A stretch of DNA of 64,000 nucleotides from Prochlorococcus sp. AG-347-E23 (GTDB lineage: Bacteria; Cyanobacteriota; Cyanobacteriia; PCC-6307; Cyanobiaceae): contig QCBH01000003.1 of assembly GCA_003281685.1 (NCBI GenBank), positions 48,234 to 112,233 on the forward strand, written 5' to 3'. A program made the position numbers and the translations under genes. Within the stretch, counting starts at the first letter, position 1. Every line of letters starts with the position of its first letter. Below the pieces are notes generated by a model. That model had not been told where the DNA came from and searched no databases. It worked only from the letters and a program-made list of their open reading frames with translations. Below are positions 1 through 12,210 of this stretch, in pieces.

Positions 1-1
1 A

Positions 2-1549
2 CTTGCTATCGCTCATCAATTAGCAAGATTAGGAGTCGATATTATTGAGGCTGGATTCCCTTTCGCAAGTCAAGGAGACTTTAAAGCTGTTTATAAAATT
101 GCCAATGCCGTAGGGAAAGAGAATGGTCCTATAATATGTGGTTTAGCTAGAGCGTCTGAAGGAGATATAAAAGCATGTTACGAAGCTGTAAGTCCAGCTC
201 CTAAGAAAAGAATACATACTTTTATCGCGACTAGTGATATCCATCTTAAACATAAACTTAAAAAATCCAGGAAAGATGTTCTTCAAATAGTTCCAGAAAT
301 GGTTAATTATGCAAAATCTTTAGTAGATGATATCGAGTTTTCTTGTGAAGATGCCTCAAGAAGTGATCCTGATTTTTTATACGAAGTTATTCAATTAGCA
401 ATTTCTGCAGGAGCAACAACAATCAACATCCCCGATACTGTCGGATTTACAACTCCTAGTGAATTTGGCAAACTAATTACTGATATAAATAAAAATGTTC
501 CAAATATTAATGAGGCCATAATCTCGGTTCATGGTCATAATGATTTGGGTTTAGCAGTAGCCAATTTTTTAGAGGCAGTAAAAAATGGTGCAAGACAACT
601 AGAATGTACAATTAATGGGATTGGAGAAAGAGCAGGTAATGCCTCTCTAGAAGAATTAGTAATGGCATTGCATGTTAGGAAAAGTTTTTTTAATAATTTT
701 TTCAAAAGGAATCCAAATTCACCAACTCCTCTTACAGCAATAAGAACAGAAGAAATAACGAAAACCTCTAGACTTGTTTCCAACCTAACTGGAATGACTG
801 TACAACCTAATAAAGCAATTGTGGGAGCTAACGCTTTTGCACATGAGTCGGGAATTCATCAGGATGGAGTTTTAAAAAATAGACTTACATACGAAATTAT
901 CGATGCAAAAACTATTGGTTTGAGTGACAACAAAATATCTTTGGGCAAACTTAGTGGAAGAAGTGCTGTAAGAGCAAGATTAGAAGAGATGGGATATGAC
1001 TTGAGCCGAGAAGATTTAAATGATGCTTTTGCTCGTTTTAAGGATTTAGCTGACAGGAAAAGAGAAATTACTGATAGAGACTTAGAAGCAATTGTTAGTG
1101 AACAAGTTCAGCTCCCAGAAGCTAAATTTCAATTAAGTCTTGTACAGGTAAGTTGCGGTAACGCATCTAAACCTACAGCAACCATTTCGCTTCTCAACAC
1201 TGAAGATAATACTGAGGATACTGCTGTATCAATAGGGACTGGACCAGTTGATGCTGTATGCGAGGCTTTAAATAAATTAGCTAAAGTGCCTAATGAATTA
1301 ATTGAATTTTCAGTTAAGTCGGTAACAGAAGGAATTGATGCTTTGGGCGAAGTAACAATAAGAATTAGAAATAATAACAAAATATATTCTGGTCATTCTG
1401 CTGATACAGATGTTGTAGTTGCTGCTGCAAATGCTTATGTTAATGCTTTAAATAGGCTTGTTTTTTCTGAGAAAAAAAATTCAATTCACCCACAATTTGA
1501 TAATTTAGAAAATCAGAACAACACTTTTCTATCTAATCACGCAAATTAA
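2..1549 (+). CDS. leuA: 2-isopropylmalate synthase (5' end lies before the window)
   Basis: Frame is open from base 2 ([20 protein letters not shown]), upstream of the ORF-track Met at 299; [24 protein letters not shown] and GPVDA motifs. Confidence 0.97.
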   Translation, partial: LAIAHQLARLGVDIIEAGFPFASQGDFKAVYKIANAVGKENGPIICGLARASEGDIKACYEAVSPAPKKRIHTFIATSDIHLKHKLKKSRKDVLQIVPEMVNYAKSLVDDIEFSCEDASRSDPDFLYEVIQLAISAGATTINIPDTVGFTTPSEFGKLITDINKNVPNINEAIISVHGHNDLGLAVANFLEAVKNGARQLECTINGIGERAGNASLEELVMALHVRKSFFNNFFKRNPNSPTPLTAIRTEEITKTSRLVSNLTGMTVQPNKAIVGANAFAHESGIHQDGVLKNRLTYEIIDAKTIGLSDNKISLGKLSGRSAVRARLEEMGYDLSREDLNDAFARFKDLADRKREITDRDLEAIVSEQVQLPEAKFQLSLVQVSCGNASKPTATISLLNTEDNTEDTAVSIGTGPVDAVCEALNKLAKVPNELIEFSVKSVTEGIDALGEVTIRIRNNNKIYSGHSADTDVVVAAANAYVNALNRLVFSEKKNSIHPQFDNLENQNNTFLSNHAN

Positions 1550-1630
1550 ATTATCTCTCAGGAATATTAAGGTGAATCAAAAATAGTCTCTTTATAATGT
1601 AGATTAATCTAGTAGTTAAAGCAGTAAATA

Positions 1631-2023
1631 ATGAGAGAAAGGTTAACAGGATATTGGGCACTTTCATGGGTTGGGTTAATCAGCAATATAATTGCACTTC
1701 CAGTAATCGCATTAATAATAAGTTATGGTCCTCCTCTAAAAGTTGCGAATATAACTCTTGCTATAAGTCTTGGATGGCCTGCTGCAATTGTTGGGATAGT
1801 TTCTTCAGCAGCTCTTTTAGCAGAGAGAAAATGGGGAGTAACTTTGACTCTAGTATCACTGTCAATGGTGATTTCTGGAACAGGTCCCTATTCAGTGGTG
1901 AGACTCATAACTCTTAAAGACACATTTGGGATTGGTGGGTTTACTCTTTTAACAACATTATTAAGTACATTAGCTCTTTTATATTGGTGTAATCCAAAAC
2001 ATCGAAGAAGTATAAGGCTATAA
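1631..2023 (+). CDS. Hypothetical integral membrane protein (~4 TM)
   Basis: 130-aa ORF with four hydrophobic stretches; fills the intergenic gap. Confidence 0.75.
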   Translation: MRERLTGYWALSWVGLISNIIALPVIALIISYGPPLKVANITLAISLGWPAAIVGIVSSAALLAERKWGVTLTLVSLSMVISGTGPYSVVRLITLKDTFGIGGFTLLTTLLSTLALLYWCNPKHRRSIRL

Positions 2024-2032
2024 AATTGAAGA

Positions 2033-3502
2033 TCAAGAAAAAGTAGTATTATTGTTAGTTGGGTACTGAATTCTTCTGTGTCTAATTCTTTTCCACACAT
2101 TCAAGAATGCCCTTTTTATTAGAAAAATTTCTCCTTTCGACAAATTACTATCTTCAAGTTGCCCATCTTTTTGACGCGAGTAGATAATATTAGATATCGT
2201 TCCCAAAGCTTCTTTATCAGATGCATTAATATTCATAGCTCTTAATGCTGCTTCACATCCATCTGCAAGCATTAAAATAGCCGTTTCTTTTGACTGAGGA
2301 ATAGGACCTTTGTATCTAAAATCATATTCATTTATATCGAGATTTTTTTCTTTAGCTTTTTGAAAAAAATATCCCATTTTTAGAGTACCTTGATGTTCAG
2401 GTATGAAATTAGCTATCAGCTTGGGTAGTCTATTTTTTCTTGCAAATTTCAATCCTTCATCAACGTGTGCCTGTAATACTTCTGCACTTTTAATCGGATC
2501 ATCTAATTCATCATGCGGGTTTTTTGAACCATCCTGATTTTCAATAAACCAATTAGGTGCATGTAATTTACCAACATCATGATATAACGCTCCAGTTTTA
2601 ATTAAATCAATATCACCACCAATCAATCTTGTCGCTTCCTCTGCTAAGCCACATATAAGTAATGTATGTTCAAAAGTACCAGGAGCTTCAAGAGACAATC
2701 TTCTAATCAAAGGTTTCTCCTTATCAGCCAATTCGAGTAATCTTGCTTTAGTTAATAATTCGAATATCGATTCAAAAATAGGAATAAATAAAATAGTAAA
2801 AAGCATTACTATTGCCAATAGCAAGGAATCAGAAAATATATCCCCATTTGCCAAAACAAAACCTTGCTTATTAATAAGAATTTTATCTTTGCCTATCAAT
2901 ATCCATTGACTCAAGAACGATCCAATAGGGACAAAAATTGATAGTTGAAGTAACTGAGCTCTACTTCTTATTCTTCCCCCAAGAAGGGATACTACTGAAG
3001 CACAAATTAATAAAATAAAAAATAAATTATTATTGATGGCAATTTCTGGGTCAGGCCAAATAAGACTCGTTATTGATACCCAAGTCAAAGCGGTAATGCT
3101 TCCCATTCCTTGAGATATTATTAACGCAGGTGGTATTATAATAGATAATGGACTTATCGTTGAAACTAAGGCTAATTTGGCAGTTTGTACTGCTAAAAGA
3201 AGAGTAATGATCAAGAAGATCTGTCTTGAAGAAATTGTGGGATTTTCTTTTTTTGAAACTAATATCAAAATTCCAGTACTAATAAGTATTTCAGTAAAGT
3301 TCAAAAACCAAGGAAAAATATCTGAGATATTTAAAGACGAGATAAGAAGTTGCTTATAAGAAGAAATTATTGAAATTAAAATACAAACTAAAAAAATTAT
3401 GAGATTATCTATTCTTGAAATTTTGATTGTTTTTTTTACTGGAACTTGACTTCGCCTCCACAGATAAAAAAATTTCTTTAAGGTAGTTGTGATGTTTTGC
3501 AC
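2033..3502 (-). CDS. 7TM-HD (HDIG) family metal-dependent phosphohydrolase, PgpH-like
   Basis: Multi-TM N-half, then EAPGTFEHTL, LYHDVGK, HVDEG, EHQGT and MLADGCEAA motifs. Confidence 0.9.
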   Translation of the reverse strand: MQNITTTLKKFFYLWRRSQVPVKKTIKISRIDNLIIFLVCILISIISSYKQLLISSLNISDIFPWFLNFTEILISTGILILVSKKENPTISSRQIFLIITLLLAVQTAKLALVSTISPLSIIIPPALIISQGMGSITALTWVSITSLIWPDPEIAINNNLFFILLICASVVSLLGGRIRSRAQLLQLSIFVPIGSFLSQWILIGKDKILINKQGFVLANGDIFSDSLLLAIVMLFTILFIPIFESIFELLTKARLLELADKEKPLIRRLSLEAPGTFEHTLLICGLAEEATRLIGGDIDLIKTGALYHDVGKLHAPNWFIENQDGSKNPHDELDDPIKSAEVLQAHVDEGLKFARKNRLPKLIANFIPEHQGTLKMGYFFQKAKEKNLDINEYDFRYKGPIPQSKETAILMLADGCEAALRAMNINASDKEALGTISNIIYSRQKDGQLEDSNLSKGEIFLIKRAFLNVWKRIRHRRIQYPTNNNTTFS

Positions 3503-3576
3503 AGAATATAAATAAATCTATTTGAATAATTTAGAATTATAGGCATGTTAAGTGTAAAAAGGAGAAGTTTTTCTAA

Positions 3577-4473
3577 ATGTCATTAAAATTAGACGGTAAA
3601 AAATTATCTCTTGAAATTGAAGAAAGATTAAATGACTATATCTCTAGTAATAAAAAAATTGCAAAAAGAGCTCCCGGTTTAGCCGTAATAAGAATAGGTG
3701 AAGACCCTGCAAGTGGTGTTTACGTTAATAACAAGGCAAAAGCATGTTCAAGGATTGGAATAAAGAGCTTTATCTTTCATCTCAAAGATAGTGTAGAGCA
3801 AATAGAAGTTGAACAATTAATAATCAAACTTAACTCTGATAAGGATATTGATGGAATGTTGCTACAACTTCCCATCCCAAAGAAGTTTGATGAGCAAAAA
3901 CTTATCAGCCATATTAATCCAAGCAAAGATGTAGATGGATTAAATGAAATAAACATCGGTAAATTAGTGAAAAATGAGCCTGCGATGAGATCATGCACAC
4001 CAGCAGGAATTATTAATTTATTAAGATCCCAAAATATTACAATTGAAGGTAAGAAGATTGTTGTTATCGGAAGAAGTTTGCTTGTTGGGAAACCCCTATC
4101 GCTTATGTTGTTGAATCTAAATGGAACGGTAACAATGACACATTCAAAAACTTTAAATTTAAATAAGGTCTGTAGAGAAGCAGACATCCTAATTGCTGCG
4201 GCGGGAAAACCCAATCTTGTAGATTCGAGTTTTGTGAAAGATGGAGCAGTAATTATTGATGTTGGCATACATAGATTAAAAAGTTCCGATAAAAATCAAA
4301 CCAGATTATGTGGCGATGTATTATTAGAAGATGTAATTTCTAAAGTATTTGCTTACACACCTGTACCTGGAGGTGTTGGACCAATGACAGTAACAATGTT
4401 ACTTGTAAATACTATTTTTAGCTGGCAAAAACAATTTAGTTTATCATCAACTCTCAATGACCTTTTGCCTTAA
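3577..4473 (+). CDS. folD: Bifunctional methylenetetrahydrofolate dehydrogenase/cyclohydrolase
   Basis: [14 protein letters not shown] and [11 protein letters not shown] motifs. Confidence 0.97.
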   Translation: MSLKLDGKKLSLEIEERLNDYISSNKKIAKRAPGLAVIRIGEDPASGVYVNNKAKACSRIGIKSFIFHLKDSVEQIEVEQLIIKLNSDKDIDGMLLQLPIPKKFDEQKLISHINPSKDVDGLNEINIGKLVKNEPAMRSCTPAGIINLLRSQNITIEGKKIVVIGRSLLVGKPLSLMLLNLNGTVTMTHSKTLNLNKVCREADILIAAAGKPNLVDSSFVKDGAVIIDVGIHRLKSSDKNQTRLCGDVLLEDVISKVFAYTPVPGGVGPMTVTMLLVNTIFSWQKQFSLSSTLNDLLP

Positions 4474-4509
4474 ACTCCAAGATGATTTTTTTTCTACTAA
4501 AGGTATAAA

Positions 4510-5412
4510 ATGACTGAAGTTATAAATAGTATTTCTGATTTTGAAAAATATCTTAAAAGTGCAAAAAAAGTTATAGAAGAATCACTTGATATTGCCTTGG
4601 GCCCTGAGAATCCAGAAATTTTAAGAGAATCAATGAGATATTCCCTTCTAGCTGGAGGGAAAAGAATACGTCCAATTTTATGTTTAGCATCTTGCTCACT
4701 TGCTGGAGGAGATCCCTCTCTTGCCATACCTACTGCAGTAGCAATAGAAATGATCCATACAATGTCCTTGATCCATGATGATCTACCCGCAATGGATAAC
4801 GATGACTTGAGAAGAGGTAGACCGACAAATCATAAAGTATATGGAGATGCAATAGCTATTCTTGCAGGCGATGCTTTATTAACTAGGGCCTTTGAAATGG
4901 TCTCTTTAAGAAGCCCCGGAGTCGATCCAAATAGATTGTTAAATGTCATTGGAGAATTATCCCTAGTTGCTGGTGCACCTGGCCTAGTTGGAGGACAAGT
5001 TGTTGATTTGGAATGCGAAGGCAAAGAAGTCGATCTTGAGACTCTCGAATATATTCATCTTCATAAGACTGGGGCTTTATTAAAGGCTTGCGTAAGAACA
5101 GGAGCGATGATTGCAGGTGCTAACGAAAAACTATTACAAGCTCTAACAACATATGCAGAGGGAATTGGTTTGGCATTCCAAATAATAGATGATATTCTCG
5201 ATTTAACCTCCAGCAGTGAAAAACTTGGTAAAACTGCCGGTAAAGATCTTTTAGCAGACAAGACGACTTACCCTAAATTACTTGGAATGGAGGAGTCAAA
5301 GAAAAGAGCATTTGATTTAGTTGAAAAAGCAAAAAAAGCAATTGAGCCTTGGGGTGAAGATGCAAAGTATCTAATATCGTTAGCCGATTTTATTACAAAT
5401 AGAGACAGATAA
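4510..5412 (+). CDS. crtE: Geranylgeranyl diphosphate synthase
   Basis: [21 protein letters not shown] and FQIIDDILD motifs. Confidence 0.95.
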   Translation: MTEVINSISDFEKYLKSAKKVIEESLDIALGPENPEILRESMRYSLLAGGKRIRPILCLASCSLAGGDPSLAIPTAVAIEMIHTMSLIHDDLPAMDNDDLRRGRPTNHKVYGDAIAILAGDALLTRAFEMVSLRSPGVDPNRLLNVIGELSLVAGAPGLVGGQVVDLECEGKEVDLETLEYIHLHKTGALLKACVRTGAMIAGANEKLLQALTTYAEGIGLAFQIIDDILDLTSSSEKLGKTAGKDLLADKTTYPKLLGMEESKKRAFDLVEKAKKAIEPWGEDAKYLISLADFITNRDR

Positions 5413-5425
5413 TTAGTTTTAGTTT

Positions 5426-5905
5426 ATGGCTGAGGTTTTTTCCTTTTTTAATAATTCAGTTCTTTTTTGGAGCTTATTATCCTGTTTACTAGCTCAATTT
5501 TTTAAAATTGTATTCAATTTCTTTTCAACTGGAGAGATAAGATTTGGAATCATGTTCGAGACTGGTGGTATGCCTTCAAGTCATTCCGCCTTAATAACTG
5601 GTGCTACATCTGGCATAGGTTATGAATTGGGATTTGATAGCTCAATATTCGCATTATCAGTTGCTGTAGCACTAATAGTTATGTATGACGCTAGTGGTGT
5701 TCGAAAATCAGCTGGGATTCAAGCTGCAGAAATAAATAAACTATCAAAAAAACTAGATCCGCAGTCTGAAATACTTTTAAAAGAAACCCTAGGTCATACA
5801 AAAATTGAGGTCATGGTGGGGAGTTTCTTAGGACCATTAATCACTTTGACTGGAATGTTTTTTTTAGGTTCTCCTCTCAAAATATTTAATTTGTTAATAA
5901 ATTAA
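5426..5905 (+). CDS. Divergent PAP2 family (DUF212-type) membrane protein
   Basis: GGMPSSHSA, VMYDASGVR and LGHT motifs. Confidence 0.88.
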   Translation: MAEVFSFFNNSVLFWSLLSCLLAQFFKIVFNFFSTGEIRFGIMFETGGMPSSHSALITGATSGIGYELGFDSSIFALSVAVALIVMYDASGVRKSAGIQAAEINKLSKKLDPQSEILLKETLGHTKIEVMVGSFLGPLITLTGMFFLGSPLKIFNLLIN

Positions 5906-7293
5906 GAATCCTTTGAGAAACAAATTTGGGTGGCATCTATAAAGTTTTTTGCAACTTCTGGAGAACTTGGAAAATGCAAGTGAATCCAACTTGCATGTAA
6001 TTTTTCATCAAAAAAGCCTTCATTTTTATATTCGGTATTCCAAGATTTAATTTTCCATGGTGAAGAAAGTTTCTTCTTATGCTCAGCTTTTCTTAAATCA
6101 AGTTTGGATAAATTATGTTCAATTTCCCAATAATGAAATTCATGTCCTCTAATTAATTGATTTTGTTTAATTATCGGAGTATCTTTCAAACCCTCAATGT
6201 ATCTATAGCCCACTGAAAGTTTACTTTTTTGTGATTCAAAAGGTAGGATGCCGCTCATTTTATGATTATTACCATTTTCATCTTTTATAAAGTCACCTAA
6301 AATCATCATCCCTCCGCACTCTGCATATATAAATCCATTTTTGCGGAAATTTCTTAACGAATTTAGGCTTTTTGTAGAATTACTTATATGATCAGCATAT
6401 TTTTCAGGGAACCCTCCAGGAATAATTAAAGAAGAAGCCTCATTAGGTATTTCTTCATCATCATAAATACTCCATGAAATCAATGGTATGCCTATTTCAG
6501 TCAAAAACTCCTTAGTTTCAGGGTATTGAAAATGAAAGATTTTATCTTCTGCAATTGCGATAGGCTTACTTTTGTCTATTTTAAAATCTTCAAAACTGAT
6601 AGAATTAGAAATTTTTTTTTGAGGAGATTTCAGAAATTTTATAAGAGAAAACACTTCAAGATTTCTTTCGGCGAAATTTGCAAAATATTCAACATCAATT
6701 TCTTTGCCATTATCCAATGGGGATATCAAACCTAGATTGGCTTTGTTTAAAGTTATTTTTGAATCAGATGGTAAAAAACCAAGAATTTCGATGTCTTCAT
6801 TTTTAAAAACTTCTTTGATTAATTCTTTATGTCTAGCTGAATTAACGTTGTTAAATATAATTCCTGCTATTGACAACTCACTATCGAAATCTCTAAAACC
6901 TCGAACAGTCGCCAGAAGAGAAGCTACTTGACCTCTAGCATTAAGAATAAAAATTACTGGAGCATTGAGAAGTTTAGAGATATTTGCTGTGCTGGAATAG
7001 GTTGTTGACCCTAATCCATCAAATAGACCCATTGCTCCCTCAATTAATGTGAATTCATATTTCAAAGAATGTTTAAAAAAACTTTCTTGAACCCATTCCT
7101 TACCACTTAAAAAAATATCTAAATTCCTACAAATAGGTTGGCCAATTGAACTAAGTTGTTGTTGATCAAGATAATCTGGGCCAACCTTGAAAGTCTGTAT
7201 CTTTATACCTTTTGAAAACGCCCAACAAGATATCAAAAGCGATAATGTAGTTTTTCCGCTATCAGTTGAAGGAGAAGATATTACACAAGGCAT
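5902..7293 (-). CDS. cobB: Cobyrinate a,c-diamide synthase
   Basis: SGKTT, FKVGPDYLD, EGAMGLFDG, YAECGG and GHEFHY motifs. Confidence 0.93.
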   Translation of the reverse strand: MPCVISSPSTDSGKTTLSLLISCWAFSKGIKIQTFKVGPDYLDQQQLSSIGQPICRNLDIFLSGKEWVQESFFKHSLKYEFTLIEGAMGLFDGLGSTTYSSTANISKLLNAPVIFILNARGQVASLLATVRGFRDFDSELSIAGIIFNNVNSARHKELIKEVFKNEDIEILGFLPSDSKITLNKANLGLISPLDNGKEIDVEYFANFAERNLEVFSLIKFLKSPQKKISNSISFEDFKIDKSKPIAIAEDKIFHFQYPETKEFLTEIGIPLISWSIYDDEEIPNEASSLIIPGGFPEKYADHISNSTKSLNSLRNFRKNGFIYAECGGMMILGDFIKDENGNNHKMSGILPFESQKSKLSVGYRYIEGLKDTPIIKQNQLIRGHEFHYWEIEHNLSKLDLRKAEHKKKLSSPWKIKSWNTEYKNEGFFDEKLHASWIHLHFPSSPEVAKNFIDATQICFSKDS

Positions 7294-7297
7294 TTAA

Positions 7298-8599
7298 TTA
7301 GTTATTAAAACCATTAAATATTTGAAGGGCTATATTAATAGAATTTTCAAAAAGAGGACTTGTATTACCTCTACTACTTCCCAATAATTTACTAACATCA
7401 TACTCTGATGTAGAAAAAGAATTTGGAACAACTTGTTCTATTAATTCCATATTAGCCATTCCCCCTGCTTCAAGTCTCATACATTCCACTGATTCACAGC
7501 CAAGTATTACACATGTGTTATTTTTTTGAACCTCACTAATTTTTGAAATCAACCTCAATCCAATGACCTGTCCTAAATGAATACTTGGATTTCCCAAAGA
7601 CAAGGGATTAATTGATGCAGAAATTATTTCGCCATTAATTCTTTCAAACTCTATTTTTGTTAATTCTGTATCCCTTTCAACTCTTAGAAAAGACCAATCG
7701 AGTTTATCACTAATCCATGAGATCAAAAACAAAGCTTGAATAATATGATCTCCTGCAATATCAATATCAATATCAGTAATATGATCTAAAATTGGTCTTC
7801 TCGAAGGCGGATCAAAAATCATTGCCAATGATTCCCTCCAATTTTTCAACCTGACCCAATTCAAATCATTAATAGCCTTGTTTGAATTATTTAATTGTTC
7901 TAAAACTTTTAAACATCTATGTGGCGATCCAAGAGCAGTATCAATTATTAACCTTAGACCATAATTAGTAAAATATTCGAAGATTTCAGGCGATTCATCC
8001 AAGCTTCCGTTCCACCACAACCATGAAGGTAATTCATCAATAGATAATTCTTCAATTATTTTTAATCCTTTATTGGATATTGAGGCTGAGTCCCCCCTAA
8101 TAACGACTAAATCTCCACATATAGGTTGAATAGCAGGAGTATCGCTTAATGGACAGTAAGCAGATACAAAAGTTTTGATGTCTGAATTTTTATTTAACGT
8201 TGGAGCTAAAGTTATTAATCTTCTTGGATTCAATGTACTTATTGATGATTCAAAAAATTGTCCCCTAAAGTCTTCAAAGTCTTTCTTAGATAAATTTTCC
8301 TTCAACAAATTCAATAATTCTTCACTATTAAGTGAAGTAGTAATTGGAAGTCCCTTTTCTAATATAAATTTTTTAGCAACTTCAATTATCTCAGGACTTA
8401 AATTTCCAGTAATAGGTCCGTTTACTAATCCTTTTTGAACTAAACATTGTTCTAGCCAAGCAGGCTGCCAGACCATTAGTGTAAAAGTATTAGCTCCTGT
8501 ATTGTCTTTATCTTCTGAAATCCATAATTTATTGAGGTAATTAGAAATTTCCTGATAAGGAAGCTCTAATGGGGTTTGGAGTGTTAGTTGAGGTTTCAT
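7298..8599 (-). CDS. opcA: Glucose-6-phosphate dehydrogenase assembly/activator protein OpcA
   Basis: Directly downstream of zwf; VSAYCP, WLWW and DLNWVRL motifs. Confidence 0.9.
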   Translation of the reverse strand: MKPQLTLQTPLELPYQEISNYLNKLWISEDKDNTGANTFTLMVWQPAWLEQCLVQKGLVNGPITGNLSPEIIEVAKKFILEKGLPITTSLNSEELLNLLKENLSKKDFEDFRGQFFESSISTLNPRRLITLAPTLNKNSDIKTFVSAYCPLSDTPAIQPICGDLVVIRGDSASISNKGLKIIEELSIDELPSWLWWNGSLDESPEIFEYFTNYGLRLIIDTALGSPHRCLKVLEQLNNSNKAINDLNWVRLKNWRESLAMIFDPPSRRPILDHITDIDIDIAGDHIIQALFLISWISDKLDWSFLRVERDTELTKIEFERINGEIISASINPLSLGNPSIHLGQVIGLRLISKISEVQKNNTCVILGCESVECMRLEAGGMANMELIEQVVPNSFSTSEYDVSKLLGSSRGNTSPLFENSINIALQIFNGFNN

Positions 8600-8601
8600 T
8601 T

Positions 8602-10125
8602 TTAAGGTCTACGCCAGAAAATATTATCTTTTGAAAGTAATTGATCAGACTCAGGAGGGCCCCATGTCATAGATTCATAAGTATAAATAGGTAACTTCCA
8701 AGGAGAATTATCCATCAATTCTATTAATGGCGTATAAAGTTTCCAAGCTGCCTCTACTTCATCACTTCTAGTAAATAAGGTTGGGTCAGAAAGCATTGCA
8801 TCAGCTAATAATCTTACATAGCCTTCATCTGAGGGTTCTCCAAATGATTCGTCATAAGAAAATTGCATCTCAACAGGTCTTGATTTCATTCCAGAGCCTG
8901 GAGATTTCACCTCAAATTTGAAAGTAGCCCCTTCATTTGGCTGAATCCTAAGGATAAGTTGATTTGGAGCAGGATTTATTATTGTTGATTCAAATAAATG
9001 AACAGGAACGTCTTTAAAAGTCAAGACTATTTCTCCAAGTCTTTTAGGGAGCCTTTTCCCTGTCCTCAAATAAAAAGGAACGCCTTGCCAACGCCAGTTA
9101 TCAACAAAAACTTTTGCCGCAATATAAGTTTCTGTTGTGCTGTTGCAATTAACACCATCTTCCTGCCTATATCCTTTGAGTTGATTTGAGATATTTCCTC
9201 CCTCTCCATATTGACCTCTTATACAACAATTCCACGGTTCATTTTCGTCAGCAAGTTTTGAAGCTTGAAGAACCTTAGCTTTTTCATTTCTTATTGCTTC
9301 TGGTTCAAACTTGCCAGGAGGTTCCATAGCAGTAACAGCGAGCATTTGAGTCATATGATTTTGAAGCATATCTCTTAAAGCACCAGAGCTTTCGTAATAA
9401 CCTGCTCTATCTTCAACACCCACAGTTTCTGATGAAGTAATTTGAACACTTGATATATAATTTCTGTTCCATATTGGTTCAAAAATAGTGTTAGCAAACC
9501 TCAAAACAAGAATATTTTGAACCGTCTCTTTACCTAAGTAATGATCAATCCTATAAATCTGACTCTCTTCAGCACAACTTTGAACGATCTTATTCAATTT
9601 TTTTGCACTTGAATAATCTCTTCCAAAAGGTTTTTCAATCACTAAACGACTTTTCTTAGGGTCATCTAAAAGGCCAGCTGCTTTAAGAGATTTACATCCA
9701 CTTGCGTAGAAATTCGGAGATACTGATAAATAAAATGTTCTATTCCCATGCGTAGCTTGTGTTTTATCAATTTCATTTAATCTTTTAGAAAGCCTTACGA
9801 CATGCTCACTTTGTTGAAGGTCAACTGGTTCATAGAAAAGATAATTCGAAAATTTTTCCCACTCCCTTTCTTTACCAGATATTTGATTGGATAGCTTTGC
9901 TTTCATCTTTTCTCTGAACTCATGATCAGTCCAAGGTCTTCTCGCACAACCAACTATTCCAAATTCACTGGGAATTCTTCTTTGTAAAAATAGCTCAAAT
10001 AAGGCTGGTATTAATTTTCTATGAGTAAGGTCTCCACTAGCACCAAATATTACTAAGCATTGTGGAGATATAACTCTTTCTTGCCGTAAACCTAATCTAA
10101 GAGGATTACTTATAGTTGAAGGCAT
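8602..10125 (-). CDS. zwf: Glucose-6-phosphate 1-dehydrogenase
   Basis: GASGDL, EKPFG, RIDHYLGKE and RWQGVPFYLRTGK motifs. Confidence 0.98.
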   Translation of the reverse strand: MPSTISNPLRLGLRQERVISPQCLVIFGASGDLTHRKLIPALFELFLQRRIPSEFGIVGCARRPWTDHEFREKMKAKLSNQISGKEREWEKFSNYLFYEPVDLQQSEHVVRLSKRLNEIDKTQATHGNRTFYLSVSPNFYASGCKSLKAAGLLDDPKKSRLVIEKPFGRDYSSAKKLNKIVQSCAEESQIYRIDHYLGKETVQNILVLRFANTIFEPIWNRNYISSVQITSSETVGVEDRAGYYESSGALRDMLQNHMTQMLAVTAMEPPGKFEPEAIRNEKAKVLQASKLADENEPWNCCIRGQYGEGGNISNQLKGYRQEDGVNCNSTTETYIAAKVFVDNWRWQGVPFYLRTGKRLPKRLGEIVLTFKDVPVHLFESTIINPAPNQLILRIQPNEGATFKFEVKSPGSGMKSRPVEMQFSYDESFGEPSDEGYVRLLADAMLSDPTLFTRSDEVEAAWKLYTPLIELMDNSPWKLPIYTYESMTWGPPESDQLLSKDNIFWRRP

Positions 10126-10235
10126 ATTTTTAGTATTCTTTTTATAAAATCCTCTTTTTTCCTAATATTAGCTACATATTGTGTCTAAACCAAAAAGTAT
10201 TTAGTGGGTTCAACTTAAAACTAAATATTAGAGAT

Positions 10236-11366
<1,131 letters not shown>

Positions 11367-11543
11367 TTAGATTTCTTTTATAAAAGATTATCAATTTGTA
11401 GTTTAATTTGTATTGATTTTACAAAAATGGTTACGTTTTGAGATCGGAATAAATAGATGAAATTATTTTTATTTTTCAGTATTTGTTGTTTTTATCAGTA
11501 TAGTTACACAGAAATAATTTTTGTTTAATTAAAAATCCATTGT

Positions 11544-12086
11544 ATGAACAATCCTCAAGAATCAATGAATCATTATAAAGACAATGATTTCAGGACAATT
11601 CAGCAGACGATGGAAAAGCTTTCTGGCGGAACAAGACGACTTGCAGCACAACTTACTACTTCTGCAAGTTTGGATTCTTTGTGGAGTGTTTTAACAGATT
11701 ATGATCGGCTAAATCTTTATATCCCAAATCTGTTATCCAGCAAAAAAATATTTCAAAAGGAAAATAATGTTCACCTTAAACAAGTTGGGGCTCAAGATTT
11801 CCTTGGCATGAAATTTTCAGCTGAAGTAACTATCGACTTATTTGAAGATAAGGAGCTTGGCCTCTTAAAATTTAAATTGATAAAAGGAGATTTCAGGAAA
11901 TTTGAAGGTAGTTGGAAAATACAAAGTATTAATAATACTTCAAAAAATTCATTAATTTATGATCTTACTGTTCAAGGTTGTCAGTGGATGCCAATAGGGA
12001 TGATAGAGAAAAGACTTAAAAAGGATCTTTCAGAAAATTTAATTGCCGTAGATAGGCAAGCAAAATCATCCAAAAGATCATTATAA
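11544..12086 (+). CDS. SRPBCC / polyketide cyclase-dehydrase-like protein
   Basis: WSVLTDYDRL...IPNL and GDFRKFEGSWKI pattern typical of SRPBCC proteins. Confidence 0.8.
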   Translation: MNNPQESMNHYKDNDFRTIQQTMEKLSGGTRRLAAQLTTSASLDSLWSVLTDYDRLNLYIPNLLSSKKIFQKENNVHLKQVGAQDFLGMKFSAEVTIDLFEDKELGLLKFKLIKGDFRKFEGSWKIQSINNTSKNSLIYDLTVQGCQWMPIGMIEKRLKKDLSENLIAVDRQAKSSKRSL

Positions 12087-12096
12087 ATTCAAATAA

Positions 12097-12169
12097 TAGC
12101 CCCAAGGGGATTCGAACCCCTGTCGCCTCCGTGAAAGGGAGGTGTCCTAGGCCTCTAGACGATGGGGCC
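12097..12169 (-). tRNA. tRNA-Glu (TTC)
   Basis: Reverse complement GGCCCCATCGTCTAGAGGCCTAGGACACCTCCC-TTTCACG...GGTTCGAATCCCCTTGGGGCTA folds as a cloverleaf; anticodon TTC. Confidence 0.97.
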
Positions 12170-12210
12170 AGGAGGTTAGCATAGCAGCTTATAAAAAACT
12201 AAGAGTAAAG

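Noticed and set aside
11410-11437. NtcA- or HLR1-like words between petH and the SRPBCC gene
   Set aside because: The GTA-TAC spacer is 7 nt and the TTACA half-sites have the wrong spacing.
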